DNA of 64,000 nt from assembly GCA_963695545.1 (NCBI GenBank), contig OY968796.1:704001-768000 (forward strand). Direction: 5' to 3'. Shown in pieces: positions 42,836-53,236 of the stretch. A model generated the notes under the pieces. That model was not told the origin of the DNA. It did no database searches and saw nothing but the letters and a program-made list of their open reading frames with translations. The position numbers were made by a program, and so were the translations under genes. Positions within the stretch are counted from its first letter, which is position 1, and each line of letters begins with the position of its first letter. Source of the DNA: Terriglobia bacterium. Its GTDB lineage: Bacteria; Acidobacteriota; Terriglobia; Acidiferrales; UBA7541.

Positions 42836-44020
42836 ATGCTCGAACTTGACGCCTGCGCCGAATTCGACGCTGCGCACGACGCCGATTTTCTCGCGCGCCT
42901 CCCGCAGCGCCCCGCCGTATTTCGCATCGAGCCGCGAGCCGAACTTGCCGGCGCACAGCCCCACTTGCTGCGCACCGCCGATCTGCGCCGGCGCCTCGAG
43001 CGCCTTCTCGGTCCGCCCGATTCCGCCTCGAAGCGCCTGAATCTGCGCGCGTATGCTGCGCGCGTTTTCTATCGCGTGGCCGGATCGCAGTTCGAGCTGC
43101 GCTATCTCCATTGGCTGCACGCCAGAGCGTTGTGGCCCGCGGCGTATCGCGAGCGCATGCGCATGCGTCCGCCCGCGATGCTCAAGGTCAATCTCGCGAA
43201 CGCCTATCCGCGCTGCACCGTCACGCGGCGCATCGGCTCGTCCGCCTTTTATCACGGGCCGTACGCATCCCGACGAGCCGCCGAAGCGTTCTCCAGCCGA
43301 TTTCTCGATCTCTTCAAGATTCGCCGCTGCCACATCAAGATCCTGCGCGATCCGAATTTTCCCGGCTGCATCTATTCCGAAATGAAAATGTGCCTCGCTC
43401 CGTGTTTCGCCGGCTGCACCAAACCGGAATACGACGTCGAAGTCGGCCGCGTCGTCGCATTTCTTTCCACCGGCGGCCAATCGCTGGAGCAGGAACTCGA
43501 AGCCGCGCGCGATTCCGCAAGCGAACAACAGGATTTTGAGCGCGCACGTTCGCTGCATCGGAACATCGAAAAAACCGAAGACGTGCTGCGTGGCTTGCCG
43601 GAACTCGCCCGGCGCCTCGAAGATTTGAATGCCGTCGTGCTGCAAGCCGCGGCCGAGCCGCAAACCGTCGCGATCTTCGCTGTGCGCGAAGGCCGCATCG
43701 CCGAGCCATTTCTCTTGCGCTTCGCGGAATTGGCCACCCAACCGCGCTCGGCAGAAGAATTGCTCCGCGAAGCGCTCGAAGCCCAGGCCGCCGCGCCGCC
43801 GCGCGACAACCCGCGCGAACTCGAGGACCACTTGGCTCTGCTCTCGCGCTGGTATTACTCGAAGCCGCGCGCGGGAGAAATTTTCCTTCGCACCGGTCCG
43901 TCAGCCGATGGCTGGCCTTATCGCCGCATCCTGCGCGCGTGTTCGCGCATCTTGGCGCCAACGCCCTCGTCGAAGCCGAAGCCGGCGACAAATATCGATC
44001 CGTCAGAGCCGATAGCCTGA
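42836..44020 (+). CDS. UvrC/Cho-like protein with degenerate GIY-YIG domain, Cys cluster and UVR helix
   Basis: LPQRPAVF...ADLRRRL, YHGPY, FKIRRC...CIYSEMKMCLAPC, ASEQQDFERA. Confidence 0.75.
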   Translation: MLELDACAEFDAAHDADFLARLPQRPAVFRIEPRAELAGAQPHLLRTADLRRRLERLLGPPDSASKRLNLRAYAARVFYRVAGSQFELRYLHWLHARALWPAAYRERMRMRPPAMLKVNLANAYPRCTVTRRIGSSAFYHGPYASRRAAEAFSSRFLDLFKIRRCHIKILRDPNFPGCIYSEMKMCLAPCFAGCTKPEYDVEVGRVVAFLSTGGQSLEQELEAARDSASEQQDFERARSLHRNIEKTEDVLRGLPELARRLEDLNAVVLQAAAEPQTVAIFAVREGRIAEPFLLRFAELATQPRSAEELLREALEAQAAAPPRDNPRELEDHLALLSRWYYSKPRAGEIFLRTGPSADGWPYRRILRACSRILAPTPSSKPKPATNIDPSEPIA

Positions 44021-44078
44021 ACTACGACCCACCGATTCGCGCGCCGATTCTCTATACTATGGCCTCCAGGGAGGGACT

Positions 44079-45188
44079 ATGAGCGGAGCGACGCCGGAAG
44101 GAACGCAGCGCTACGCCGGGCGGTTTGCGAGCCGCGCGGCCGCGGGCCACTTTCGCACGCAGCAAGAATTCTTGCTGAGCTCGATCGGCATCGGCACGTA
44201 TCTCGGCGAGCCCGACGACGCAACCGACCGCGCCTACACCGAAGCGATCGTTGCCGCGGTCGAAGGCGGCGCGAATGTGGTGGACACCGCGATCAATTAT
44301 CGCTTCCAGCGCAGCGAGCGTTCGGTCGGTGCAGCGCTCGAAGAACTCGCGCGTCGCGGCTTTGCGCGCGATGAAGTCGTAGTCTGCACCAAGGGCGGCT
44401 TCCTCACGCCGGACGGCGAAATGCCCGCCGACGTCGCGGATTATTTCCAGCGCACCTACGTTTCAACCGGTCTCGTACGCGCCGAGGACGTCGCCGCCGG
44501 CTGCCACGTTCTCGCGCCGCGCTTCCTCGCCGATCAGATCGAGCGCAGCCGGAAAAATCTCGGCGTCGAAACCATCGACGTCTATTACCTGCACAATCCC
44601 GAAACGCAGCTCGGCGAATTCCCGCCCGAAGAATTTGAAAAGCGCCTGCACGCCGCGTTCGAGTTTCTCGAAACGGCGGTCGCGGAGGGCAAAATTCGCT
44701 TCTACGGCCTGGCCACCTGGAACGGTTTCCGCCAGCCGGAAACCGCGCGGGATGCGCTCTCGCTCGCGAAGATCGACATTCTGGCGCGGTCGCTCGCCGG
44801 CGAAAACCACCACTGCCGCTTCGTGCAATTGCCCTACAATCTCGGCATGACCGAAGCGCTCACGCGCGCAAATCAGGCCATCGATTCGCGCACGCTGCCC
44901 ATGATCGAAGCGGCGCACGCGCTGGGTATCACGCTTGTGGCCAGCGCGTCCCTCCTGCAAGGCCAAGTCGCGCGCAATTTGCCGCCTTTCATCGCGCAGT
45001 TGCTCGGCCTTGAAAACGACGCCGAGCGCGCGCTGCAATTTGTACGCTCGACTCCGGGCATCTCAACGGCGCTCGTGGGCATGAGCCGTGTCAAACACGT
45101 CCGCGCAAATCTTCGCCTGGTGGGAATCGCACCCGCGCCGCAAGATGCGTTCACAAAACTGTTCGAGCGCCGCGCGCCCGCGCCATAG
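44079..45188 (+). CDS. Aldo/keto reductase
   Basis: SSIGIGTY, VDTAINY, CTKGG, IDVYYLHNPE. Confidence 0.9.
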   Translation: MSGATPEGTQRYAGRFASRAAAGHFRTQQEFLLSSIGIGTYLGEPDDATDRAYTEAIVAAVEGGANVVDTAINYRFQRSERSVGAALEELARRGFARDEVVVCTKGGFLTPDGEMPADVADYFQRTYVSTGLVRAEDVAAGCHVLAPRFLADQIERSRKNLGVETIDVYYLHNPETQLGEFPPEEFEKRLHAAFEFLETAVAEGKIRFYGLATWNGFRQPETARDALSLAKIDILARSLAGENHHCRFVQLPYNLGMTEALTRANQAIDSRTLPMIEAAHALGITLVASASLLQGQVARNLPPFIAQLLGLENDAERALQFVRSTPGISTALVGMSRVKHVRANLRLVGIAPAPQDAFTKLFERRAPAP

Positions 45189-45226
45189 TCCTGTGCGCAC
45201 CGGCGCGCTCGCGCCGATGCAAGTTC

Positions 45227-45916
45227 TTACTTCGGCCGCGCCGTGCGCAATCCGTCGCGGTACTCGGCCAGCCACGCCGCGAGCACGCGATCAAGTTCCT
45301 CGAGATGCCCAGTGAAAAAATGGTTGGCCCCCGCGATCAGAATTAATTCTGTGCGCTTTTTCGCGCGCGCCGGCAAACCCGCCACAAGCGCTTCCAGATT
45401 TTCTCTTGGCGCGTACTGATCGTGATCGCCGCTCACCAACAATTTCGGCTTCACGCACGCTGACAAGTACGACGCGTCGACGTTGCCAACCGGCAATCCC
45501 AAGCCCGCAAGCGCCGCGACCCGCGCGTCCTCACAGCCGACGCGCAAGCCAATCCACGCCCCGAAACTGAATCCCGCGAGCAACAGTGGTACGCCCGGAA
45601 ATCGCTCGGCCAAAAAATCGAGAGCCGCGCGCACGTCATCGTTCTCGCCACGGCCGCCGTCGTGCGCGCCCTCGCTCAGTCCCACGCCGCGAAAATTGAA
45701 ACGCAGCACGGGTAATCCCGCGCGATGCAAGGTCTTCGCCGCTTGATACACAACTTTATTGTGTAGGGTGCCGCCAAACAGCGGATGCGGGTGGCACACA
45801 ATCGCCGCCAGCGTCGGCGCGCCATTTCCGGCGGACACGTCCCAGAACAACGCTTCGAGATTCCCCGCCGAGCCACGCAGCAGCACGCTACGATGCGCCA
45901 ATTCGCTCGTCGCCAT
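45227..45916 (-). CDS. Alpha/beta fold hydrolase
   Basis: CHPHPLFGGT, RFNFRGVG, AGFSFGA nucleophile elbow, ANHFF. Confidence 0.9.
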   Translation of the reverse strand: MATSELAHRSVLLRGSAGNLEALFWDVSAGNGAPTLAAIVCHPHPLFGGTLHNKVVYQAAKTLHRAGLPVLRFNFRGVGLSEGAHDGGRGENDDVRAALDFLAERFPGVPLLLAGFSFGAWIGLRVGCEDARVAALAGLGLPVGNVDASYLSACVKPKLLVSGDHDQYAPRENLEALVAGLPARAKKRTELILIAGANHFFTGHLEELDRVLAAWLAEYRDGLRTARPK

Positions 45917-46054
45917 TTGAACCATTTTACTTGTCCCTGGCGGCGAAAGCGTTTCAAAATAGAGCATCGCCGCGATGGACGATTCCCTTGCATCGCGATG
46001 CCATCAATGTTACGTTCAGGCCGACCCTGGGGCGTACTCTTCTAGGGGAAGATT

Positions 46055-46381
46055 ATGCCAAACGGAATCGAACGCCGGGCATCCCGCAGATTTACGATGG
46101 CGTTACCCTTAACGGTGCGTTCTTCCGGACCCGGCGGAGACACCGAGCGCCAGGGCAGGACTCGCGACGTTAGTTTCCGCGGCTTGTATTTCACCGTCGA
46201 CAACCAGTACGAGGCCGGCAGCGCCCTGCAATTCATCCTTACGCTGCCTAAAGAAATCACCATGGCTGGCGACGTCAACATTCTTTGTTACGCGCAGGTC
46301 GTGCGCGTCGAGCCGCAACCCGATCAATTCGGCGTGGCTGCCAAAATCGACCGCTACGAATTCCTCTCCGCGCCCGCCTAA
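46055..46381 (+). CDS. Stand-alone PilZ domain protein
   Basis: ERRASRR (RxxxR) and DVSFRG (DxSxxG) c-di-GMP motifs. Confidence 0.88.
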   Translation: MPNGIERRASRRFTMALPLTVRSSGPGGDTERQGRTRDVSFRGLYFTVDNQYEAGSALQFILTLPKEITMAGDVNILCYAQVVRVEPQPDQFGVAAKIDRYEFLSAPA

Positions 46382-46482
46382 ATCAAACATCCTCTCTCGC
46401 TCCGCGGCAACTTTCCGCTCCGGCCCTCGGAATGGCGTACAATTGTTTTTCCGAAGCTGTTCGGAAGTCCGGAGGACCCACG

Positions 46483-46710
46483 ATGTACCATTACGACGCC
46501 AAGACCGCTCTCGAAGAGCTCACCGAAGAGGCGATACTGCCGCACCCGGTGCGCGTGCGCGACATGATGCTGCGCACGCAGCTTCCGCCCAACGACGCTC
46601 TCGATTTGAGCCGCGAATTTCAAAGTTATCTTTCCCATTTCGGCGAAACGCAGAAGATCGCGAAAACCATCCTCGAAAAACTCGCAGCCGGCGTCCCGAA
46701 GAATCCGTGA
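46483..46710 (+). CDS. Small hypothetical protein (75 aa)
   Basis: GGAGGA RBS; MYHYDAKTALEELTEEAILPHPVRVRDMMLR, helical. Confidence 0.7.
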   Translation: MYHYDAKTALEELTEEAILPHPVRVRDMMLRTQLPPNDALDLSREFQSYLSHFGETQKIAKTILEKLAAGVPKNP

Positions 46711-46725
46711 AGAATTCCTAGCCAC

Positions 46726-47412
46726 ATGGCGCGAGAGACCCTGCTGATTGATGCCGACGACACCCTCTGGGAAAACAATGTTTTCTTCGAGGAGGCTATC
46801 GACGTGCTCCTCGCGCTGGCGGGCCCGCTCGGTTACTCGCGCGAATACGCGCGCCACATCCTGAACGAAACCGAATTGAGAAATATCCGCCAGCATGGTT
46901 ACGGCGTGCGCAGCTTCGCGCGCTCGCTTGAAGAAACTTATGTGAAGCTCGCTGGAAATCTGGCGCAGCGCGCGGCCATTGAGGAAATTCGCCGCGCGAT
47001 CGTGAAACTCGAGCAGACGCCTCCGCAAATGCTGCCGGGCGTGGCCGAAACTCTCGCGTATCTCGCAGGGCGCCACCGCCTGATTCTGTTCAGCAAGGGA
47101 GAAGCCGCCGAGCAGGCGGCCAAAGTGGAGCGCTCCGGAGTCCAGACGCACTTCGAGGCCATCGAAATCGTCGCCGAAAAAGATGTGCCGACGTATCTCG
47201 GAATCGTGAACAAGCATCACGTGGTGAAATCGCGCGGATGGATGATTGGCAACAGCCCGCACAGCGATATCAATCCAGCGCTGGAGGCTGGACTCAACGC
47301 CGTTTTCATTCCGCATCCCGCAACCTGGCAGCTCGAGCACGAGGAAATTCGCAGCGGCGTGGGCCGTTTGGTGGTCCTCGGGCGCTTTGGCGATTTGCGG
47401 GAACATTTTTGA
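46726..47412 (+). CDS. HAD family hydrolase
   Basis: IDADDTLW, FSKG, WMIGNSPHSDI. Confidence 0.9.
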   Translation: MARETLLIDADDTLWENNVFFEEAIDVLLALAGPLGYSREYARHILNETELRNIRQHGYGVRSFARSLEETYVKLAGNLAQRAAIEEIRRAIVKLEQTPPQMLPGVAETLAYLAGRHRLILFSKGEAAEQAAKVERSGVQTHFEAIEIVAEKDVPTYLGIVNKHHVVKSRGWMIGNSPHSDINPALEAGLNAVFIPHPATWQLEHEEIRSGVGRLVVLGRFGDLREHF

Positions 47413-47433
47413 AGTCGATGAAATGGAGTTGAA

Positions 47434-48597
47434 ATGGACGGGGCCATCGTGACCGAAGCACGCACAGATTGGCGCAACGAATGGTTTGAATTCGAGGACG
47501 CCGTGTATTTGAACGCGGCCAGCATCGGGCCGCTGCCGCGCGTTGCGGTGCGCGCGGTACAGCAGGCGCTCGAGTGGGAGAAATTTCCAAACAAATTGCC
47601 GGAGAACGCGCACTTCGCGCAGCCGAATCGCGTGCGCGCGCTCTTGGCCAAACTGATCGCCGCGCGGCCGGAGGAGATCGCGCTGACGACCGGCACAAGC
47701 GGCGGGCTGCAGGCCATCGCCACCGGAATGGAATGGCACAAAGGCGACGAAATTCTGGTCGCGCGCGGAGAATTTCCCGCGCATTTCACCACCTGGCTGC
47801 CGCTTGAGCGCTCGGCCGGAGTGAAGGTGACAGTCGTTGCGCCGCGCGGGCGTTTTCTCACCGCCGATGACTACATCGAACGAATCGGTCCACAAACGCG
47901 CCTGGTCTCCGCAAGTCTGGTGCGCTTCGACGATGGCGCGCTGCTGGACGGGCGTCGCGTAGCCGATGCGTGCCACGCGGCGAACGCGCTTCTCGCGCTC
48001 GACGCCGCGCAATGCGCGGGGGCGATGCCCATCGACGTGGCGTCACTCGGTTGCGATTTCCTCGTGGCGTCGGGATACAAGTGGCTGCTCTCGCCGTACG
48101 GCACGGGATTTATGTGGATGCGCGGCGCGCTGATCGAGCAGATGCGCGAAACTCCCTTTTACTGGCAAGCGCTCGAGGACGCGGAAAATTTTCATTCGCT
48201 CTCGATCGGCAAATACACGCGGGCGCAAGGCGCGCGGCGCTGGGATTCATCCGAAACCGCGAGCTTTCTGAATCTCGCGGCGATGGAAGCGTCGCTCGAA
48301 TTTCTGTTGCGCACCGGCGTGCGCACGATCTGGGAGCACTGCCGCGCGCTGGTTGACGATTTGATTCGCCGGCTGCCGAGCGATCGCTGCGTGCTCGCAA
48401 GCCCGGGCGATCCTGCTGGCCGCGGACAGTATATTTGCATCGCGGCGCACCGGCCCGACGGAACGGCCGCGTTATTTGAGAAGCTGCAAAAAGCGGGCGT
48501 GCTCGTCGCGCTTCGCGAGGGAGCGCTGCGCGTCTCGCCGCACGTTTACAACTCCGAACGCGACATCGACCGGTTGCTCACGGTGCTGACGGTCTGA
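47434..48597 (+). CDS. Class V aminotransferase / cysteine-desulfurase-like PLP enzyme
   Basis: YLNAASIGP, LDAAQCAG, SGYKWLLSPYGTG, LRVSPHVYN. Confidence 0.9.
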   Translation: MDGAIVTEARTDWRNEWFEFEDAVYLNAASIGPLPRVAVRAVQQALEWEKFPNKLPENAHFAQPNRVRALLAKLIAARPEEIALTTGTSGGLQAIATGMEWHKGDEILVARGEFPAHFTTWLPLERSAGVKVTVVAPRGRFLTADDYIERIGPQTRLVSASLVRFDDGALLDGRRVADACHAANALLALDAAQCAGAMPIDVASLGCDFLVASGYKWLLSPYGTGFMWMRGALIEQMRETPFYWQALEDAENFHSLSIGKYTRAQGARRWDSSETASFLNLAAMEASLEFLLRTGVRTIWEHCRALVDDLIRRLPSDRCVLASPGDPAGRGQYICIAAHRPDGTAALFEKLQKAGVLVALREGALRVSPHVYNSERDIDRLLTVLTV

Positions 48598-48683
48598 ACC
48601 GTTTTGCCGCGCGAGCGAATGCAAATCACGCGCACAAACCAAATCAAACTTCCGAACCAAGGGCGATCGATCGCGTTTCATTT

Positions 48684-50387
48684 TCAATACACAGGTTCCG
48701 GCGGCGGAGCGTGAAATGGAATTCGCACGATGGCCACAAGCTCCACAGGCTCGCCTTGGCGCTCAGCCGGTTGAAATTTCCAACGTGCGAGCGCGTCCAT
48801 AGCGTCTTGGTCGAGCTCGGGATCCAAACCCTGAACCAACTGGATGCTGTCGACCGAGCCGTCCTTGCGAATCACGGCGTAGAGCACGACCTCGCCTTCC
48901 ACTTTCTCCAGTTTTAGCTCCGGCGGATATTTCGGATCGACTTTGCGCAGCGGCACGGGGCCGACCAAACCCGTGTCCGCGGGCTTCGGTCTGCCATTGG
49001 GAATATATTCGGGCGCGCCAAGTTCGGCGAAGCTCAGAACCCAGTCGCCCATCGAGCTCGCGAGATTGGGCATGTCAACCTTGAGTGTGTAAACGTCGTT
49101 CGAGCCTAGCAGCGATTCGGGGCGCGCGCCGGGCGCGAGCGCCACTTTGAGCGAGGCCTCGCCGGCCGGCGCAGACTTCGCGCCACTTGAACTCGAAGCG
49201 CGGGGGACGGGCCTCGGGTCGCCGGAAGCGGAGCCAGAGCCGCGGCCGCGGCCGCCCGCGCCCGACGGACCGGAGATGGCGGCGACAGGCGCATCGGGCA
49301 AACGCCCGCTGCTGCTGATGCCGATGCCGGGAGGTCCAGTGCCCGCGTGAGAGCCGGAATCGGCAGCGCCCGATCCATTCAGCGCGCCTTTGTGGGCGTC
49401 GGGAGAAATCGAAATGCGCGCCTGCAGATTGCCTTGCGGAATGGGAGGCGGCGGAGCGGCGGGTCCGGGCGTTTCGGAGAGCGCGATCACACGGCCGCCG
49501 TCGCCATTCACGCTCGGCCCAATCTCGGGCGCAGGCGCGGCAGAATTCGCTTGGTTCGCGCGCGATCGAGCCTGCGCTCGACTCATCGCCGGCACGGCCA
49601 TTGCGGGTTTCGGCGTGTCGCTGGCGGAGGGCACGATATCGATCGGACCCGCCGGAGTTGCAGGATTCGAAATGTCCGGAGCGGCGACGTCCGAGCGTTT
49701 GTTTGCGGCGAGCGCCGGCTGCATGCGCGACATCGCGGTCGGCGAAAGACGCAAATCCGGATGAGCGGAATCGTCGTCGCTCCACTGCACGATGTTGGGC
49801 AATACAGGGAGAATTTTTGGAGGCGTATCCGGCGCCGAAGGCTCGAGTAATTCCTGGCGCGGATGATTCGGCTTGAGCGGCTGACTCCAAATGATTTGGC
49901 GCGGGTTATAGGCATCCGCGCCGGGCGCGGCTTCCGCTTCAGGCGCGGGCGGCGGCTCGATCGCGTTCCGCTCAGACTGCTTGCGCACACGCGGAGCGGG
50001 CGAGAGCGCGGGCAAATCGGGCGCCGGGTCGGGCGCGGGATCCGCCGGAGGATCGTACCAAGTGAGTTGTACATCGGGTCCGGCGAGACGAGGACGCTGA
50101 ATGTTCCAGTGCGGATTCGCGATGATGAGGAACGCGGCCTCGAGCACGATCGCGACCGCGAACGCGAGCTTCGGGGAGCGCGCGACGATCCAGCAATCGC
50201 GAAAGTAGGGCGCGCCGAGAAATTTGCGCGGAGGTTTTGGTCCGGCGAAAATCGCGCGCACGCTGGAGCGAAAGTTTTCGCGCGGATTGGTCCAGCGCAC
50301 GGCCAACTGCGGTCCAGGCGGCGCAAGGCGAGCCGTCCAAGCGGCGCCGGCCGCGCGCAATGCTTCGGGTTGGAGTCGTAAGGACAC
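48684..50387 (-). CDS. Energy transducer TonB family protein
   Basis: TM anchor, long Pro/Gly-rich linker, C-terminal KVDPKYPPEL...VEGEVVL...WKFQPA. Confidence 0.8.
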   Translation of the reverse strand: MSLRLQPEALRAAGAAWTARLAPPGPQLAVRWTNPRENFRSSVRAIFAGPKPPRKFLGAPYFRDCWIVARSPKLAFAVAIVLEAAFLIIANPHWNIQRPRLAGPDVQLTWYDPPADPAPDPAPDLPALSPAPRVRKQSERNAIEPPPAPEAEAAPGADAYNPRQIIWSQPLKPNHPRQELLEPSAPDTPPKILPVLPNIVQWSDDDSAHPDLRLSPTAMSRMQPALAANKRSDVAAPDISNPATPAGPIDIVPSASDTPKPAMAVPAMSRAQARSRANQANSAAPAPEIGPSVNGDGGRVIALSETPGPAAPPPPIPQGNLQARISISPDAHKGALNGSGAADSGSHAGTGPPGIGISSSGRLPDAPVAAISGPSGAGGRGRGSGSASGDPRPVPRASSSSGAKSAPAGEASLKVALAPGARPESLLGSNDVYTLKVDMPNLASSMGDWVLSFAELGAPEYIPNGRPKPADTGLVGPVPLRKVDPKYPPELKLEKVEGEVVLYAVIRKDGSVDSIQLVQGLDPELDQDAMDALARWKFQPAERQGEPVELVAIVRIPFHAPPPEPVY

Positions 50388-50492
50388 GGACTATCAATTA
50401 TACGCTGGCAATCGACGCGGGGTTGTCCGCAACCGCGGGATCGCCGCAAATAAAACCACGGCGTAGCATGCGAACGAGCGGCGGAAAGCACG

Positions 50493-51056
50493 TTAACCGC
50501 GCGCGGCCAAGCGATAGAAACCGAGCGCCGCATCTCCCTGCTCGACAATACGCGCACGATCCAGGCCCGCGATTGTCTCGACGGGCGGGCGCTTGCGCGC
50601 AAATTCGGCGATCACTCGCCCGGCCGGGGCCACCAATTTCGAGCGACCCAGAAATTCGAGGATGCTCTCGTATTCGGCAGCCGCGTCGTACGGCGGATCG
50701 AGAAAAACGAGGTCGGCTTGAACGCCGCGCGATTCAAGACGCTCGCATCCGCGCAGTGCGTCAACCGCGAGAACTTCGGCGCCAGACGCGACGCCAAGCG
50801 ATGCGAGATTCCGGCGAATCAGCGTGATGCCCGCTCGATGCGATTCGACGAAAAAGACCTGGCGCGCGCCGCGGCTGAGCGCCTCGATGCCGACGGCGCC
50901 CGTGCCGGCGAAAAGATCGAGAAACACCGAGCCTTCGACGCTCGGCCCGAGAATGTCGAACAGCGTTTCGCGCAGGCGATCGCTGGTGGGACGCAGCTTC
51001 ATGCCGCGCGGCGCGGCGAGCGTCCGGCTTCGATATTTTCCGGCGACGACGCGCAT
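50493..51056 (-). CDS. rsmD: 16S rRNA (guanine966-N2) methyltransferase
   Basis: MRVVAG, RPTSDRLRETLF, DLFAGTGAVGIEALSRGA, DPPY. Confidence 0.95.
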   Translation of the reverse strand: MRVVAGKYRSRTLAAPRGMKLRPTSDRLRETLFDILGPSVEGSVFLDLFAGTGAVGIEALSRGARQVFFVESHRAGITLIRRNLASLGVASGAEVLAVDALRGCERLESRGVQADLVFLDPPYDAAAEYESILEFLGRSKLVAPAGRVIAEFARKRPPVETIAGLDRARIVEQGDAALGFYRLAARG

Positions 51057-51059
51057 CGT

Positions 51060-53177
51060 TTATCCGACCGCCGCGAGTTGATAGCGGCGCTGCCAATCCG
51101 GCGTGAGCGAATCGAGCAGGCGCCGGCAGGCAGCCTCGGCTTCGGGATTTTCAAAGAGCGCGAAGGCTTCGGTGCGCGCAAGCTCGAGCAATTCGGAATC
51201 GCGCAGCGGATTCGCGAAATGAAAGCCGAGCTCGCCGTGCTGGCGAGTGCCGAAGAATTCGCCGGGGCCGCGGAGTTTCAGATCCGTTTCGGCGATCACG
51301 AAACCGTCGGTTGTGGCGACCATGGTTTCAAGGCGCACGCGCGCGTCGTCGGAGACAGATTCGGGCGCGACAAGAATACAAGTTCCCTTCTGACCGCCGC
51401 GGCCGGTGCGTCCGCGTAGTTGATGAAGTTGCGCGAGACCGAAACGATCAGCGTGCTCGATGACCATGGCCGTCGCGTTCGGGACGTCCACGCCGACTTC
51501 GATCACCGTGGTGGTGACGAGCAGATCGATGTCGCGGCGGCGAAAGCGGTCCATCACGTCTTCTTTTTCTTCGCTGCGCATGCGGCCGTGCAGCAAGCCG
51601 ACGCGCGCGGCCGGAAAAGCCGTGGCGCGCAGGCGCTCGTATTCGACCATCGCGGCTTTAAGAGAGCGCTGCGATTCGGCGTTCTTGCTTTGCTCGATCA
51701 CGGGATAGACGACGAAGGCCTGTCGGCCGCGCGCGATTTCCTGGCGCAGAAAATCCCACACGCCAGCGAGGCGCTCTTCGCGCACCCAGCGCGTGGTGAC
51801 CGGCGCGCGGCCGGGCGGCATTTGGTCGATCACGGAGAGATCGAGATCGCCGTAGAGCGTGAGCGAAAGCGTGCGCGGGATGGGCGTGGCGGTCATCACG
51901 AGAACGTCAGGCATGGCGCCTTTTTCGATGAGGCGCTTGCGCTGCAGGACGCCGAAGCGGTGCTGTTCATCCACAACCACGAGGCCAAGGCGCTTGAAGC
52001 CAACCGGATCCTCAAGAATCGCGTGCGTGCCGACGACGAGTTGCGCCTGACCAGATTGGACACGCTCGACCGCGGCGCGCTTTTCGGCGGGTTTCAAGCC
52101 GCTCACGAGCAGCTCGACGCGGTAACCGGATGCGGCGAACAAGCGGCGCGCTTCAAGGTAATGTTGCGCGGCGAGGATTTCGGTGGGCGCCATGAGCGCG
52201 GCCTGGAAACCGTTTTCGATGACGATGGCTGCGGATTCGAGCGCGACAATCGTTTTTCCGCTGCCGACGTCGCCTTGCAGCAAACGATTCATGGGCACGG
52301 GTCGCTCGAGATCGCCGACGATTTCCGCGAGCACGCGCTTCTGCGCGTCGGTGGGCTTGAATGGGAGGACGCGTTTGAGCGCTTCGCGAATGCGGTCTTC
52401 GCGCACACGAAACGCGATGCCGGGCTGTTGTTTTTCGCGGCGGCGGCGCAATGCGACGCTCAATTGGTAGAAGAAAAATTCCTCGAAGATCAGGCGCCGA
52501 TGCGCGGGCGAGCGAAATGCGTTGAGCGCATCGACGGAGACGTCGGCCGGGGGAAAGTGGACGAAGGCGAGCGCGTCGCCGCGCGACGGAAAATCGTAGC
52601 GCGCGCGCAATTCGCGCGGCAGCGGATCGGGCAACGCGCCGGCCACGGCGGATTGCGCGGCGTAAATGATGCGCCGCAGCGTGCGCGAGCCGATCGAGCC
52701 GATGGCTTCGTAGATGGGAACGATGCGGCCGACTTCGGTGGAGTCGACATCGCCCGTGCCGATCAGCTCGTATTCGGGATTCACCATTTCGATTCGGCCG
52801 GGGCGATATTTATCGAGTTCGGCTTTGCCGTGCAGCACGATGCGCTGGCCGGAGCGGAAGCGCTTTTCGAGATACGCGCCGTGAAAAAATTTGCAGGCGA
52901 GAGAGCCGCTGGCATCGCGCACCAGGAGGTGATAAACGCCGCCGGCTCGGCCGCGATAGCGGACGAGGCCGCCGTCCGCGACCTCGGCCTGCAGCGTGTA
53001 CGTGCCGCCGGGTTGGACTTCGCGCAGCGGAGTGAAATTGATGCGATCTTCGTAGCGAAATGGAAGATAGCCGAGCAAATCCTCGAGGGTGCGGATGCCG
53101 CGCTCGGCCAGCAACTGGGCGCGCTGCGGGCCAACGCCTTTCAGATACATCACTTCGGACGTGGGTGTGAGCGGCAT
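51060..53177 (-). CDS. recG: ATP-dependent DNA helicase RecG
   Basis: LKGVGP, RLLQGDVGSGKT, DEQHRFG, TATPIPRT, QLHQLRGR, RGPGEFFGTRQHG. Confidence 0.98.
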   Translation of the reverse strand: MPLTPTSEVMYLKGVGPQRAQLLAERGIRTLEDLLGYLPFRYEDRINFTPLREVQPGGTYTLQAEVADGGLVRYRGRAGGVYHLLVRDASGSLACKFFHGAYLEKRFRSGQRIVLHGKAELDKYRPGRIEMVNPEYELIGTGDVDSTEVGRIVPIYEAIGSIGSRTLRRIIYAAQSAVAGALPDPLPRELRARYDFPSRGDALAFVHFPPADVSVDALNAFRSPAHRRLIFEEFFFYQLSVALRRRREKQQPGIAFRVREDRIREALKRVLPFKPTDAQKRVLAEIVGDLERPVPMNRLLQGDVGSGKTIVALESAAIVIENGFQAALMAPTEILAAQHYLEARRLFAASGYRVELLVSGLKPAEKRAAVERVQSGQAQLVVGTHAILEDPVGFKRLGLVVVDEQHRFGVLQRKRLIEKGAMPDVLVMTATPIPRTLSLTLYGDLDLSVIDQMPPGRAPVTTRWVREERLAGVWDFLRQEIARGRQAFVVYPVIEQSKNAESQRSLKAAMVEYERLRATAFPAARVGLLHGRMRSEEKEDVMDRFRRRDIDLLVTTTVIEVGVDVPNATAMVIEHADRFGLAQLHQLRGRTGRGGQKGTCILVAPESVSDDARVRLETMVATTDGFVIAETDLKLRGPGEFFGTRQHGELGFHFANPLRDSELLELARTEAFALFENPEAEAACRRLLDSLTPDWQRRYQLAAVG

Positions 53178-53183
53178 CGGTCA

Positions 53184-53192
53184 CTTATATCA
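53184..53192 (-). promoter_or_regulatory. Extended -10 (TGaTATAAG) 6 nt before the recG ATG, leaderless-type promoter
   Basis: Minus strand reads TGATATAAG-tgaccg-ATG; no RBS. Confidence 0.6.
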
Positions 53193-53236
53193 TTTTACTC
53201 ATTGCGTTCCCCGTGCCGCCGGGAGGCGAGAAGCGT

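Noticed and set aside
46378..48012. 544-aa - strand ORF
   Set aside because: Antisense to the HAD and aminotransferase genes.
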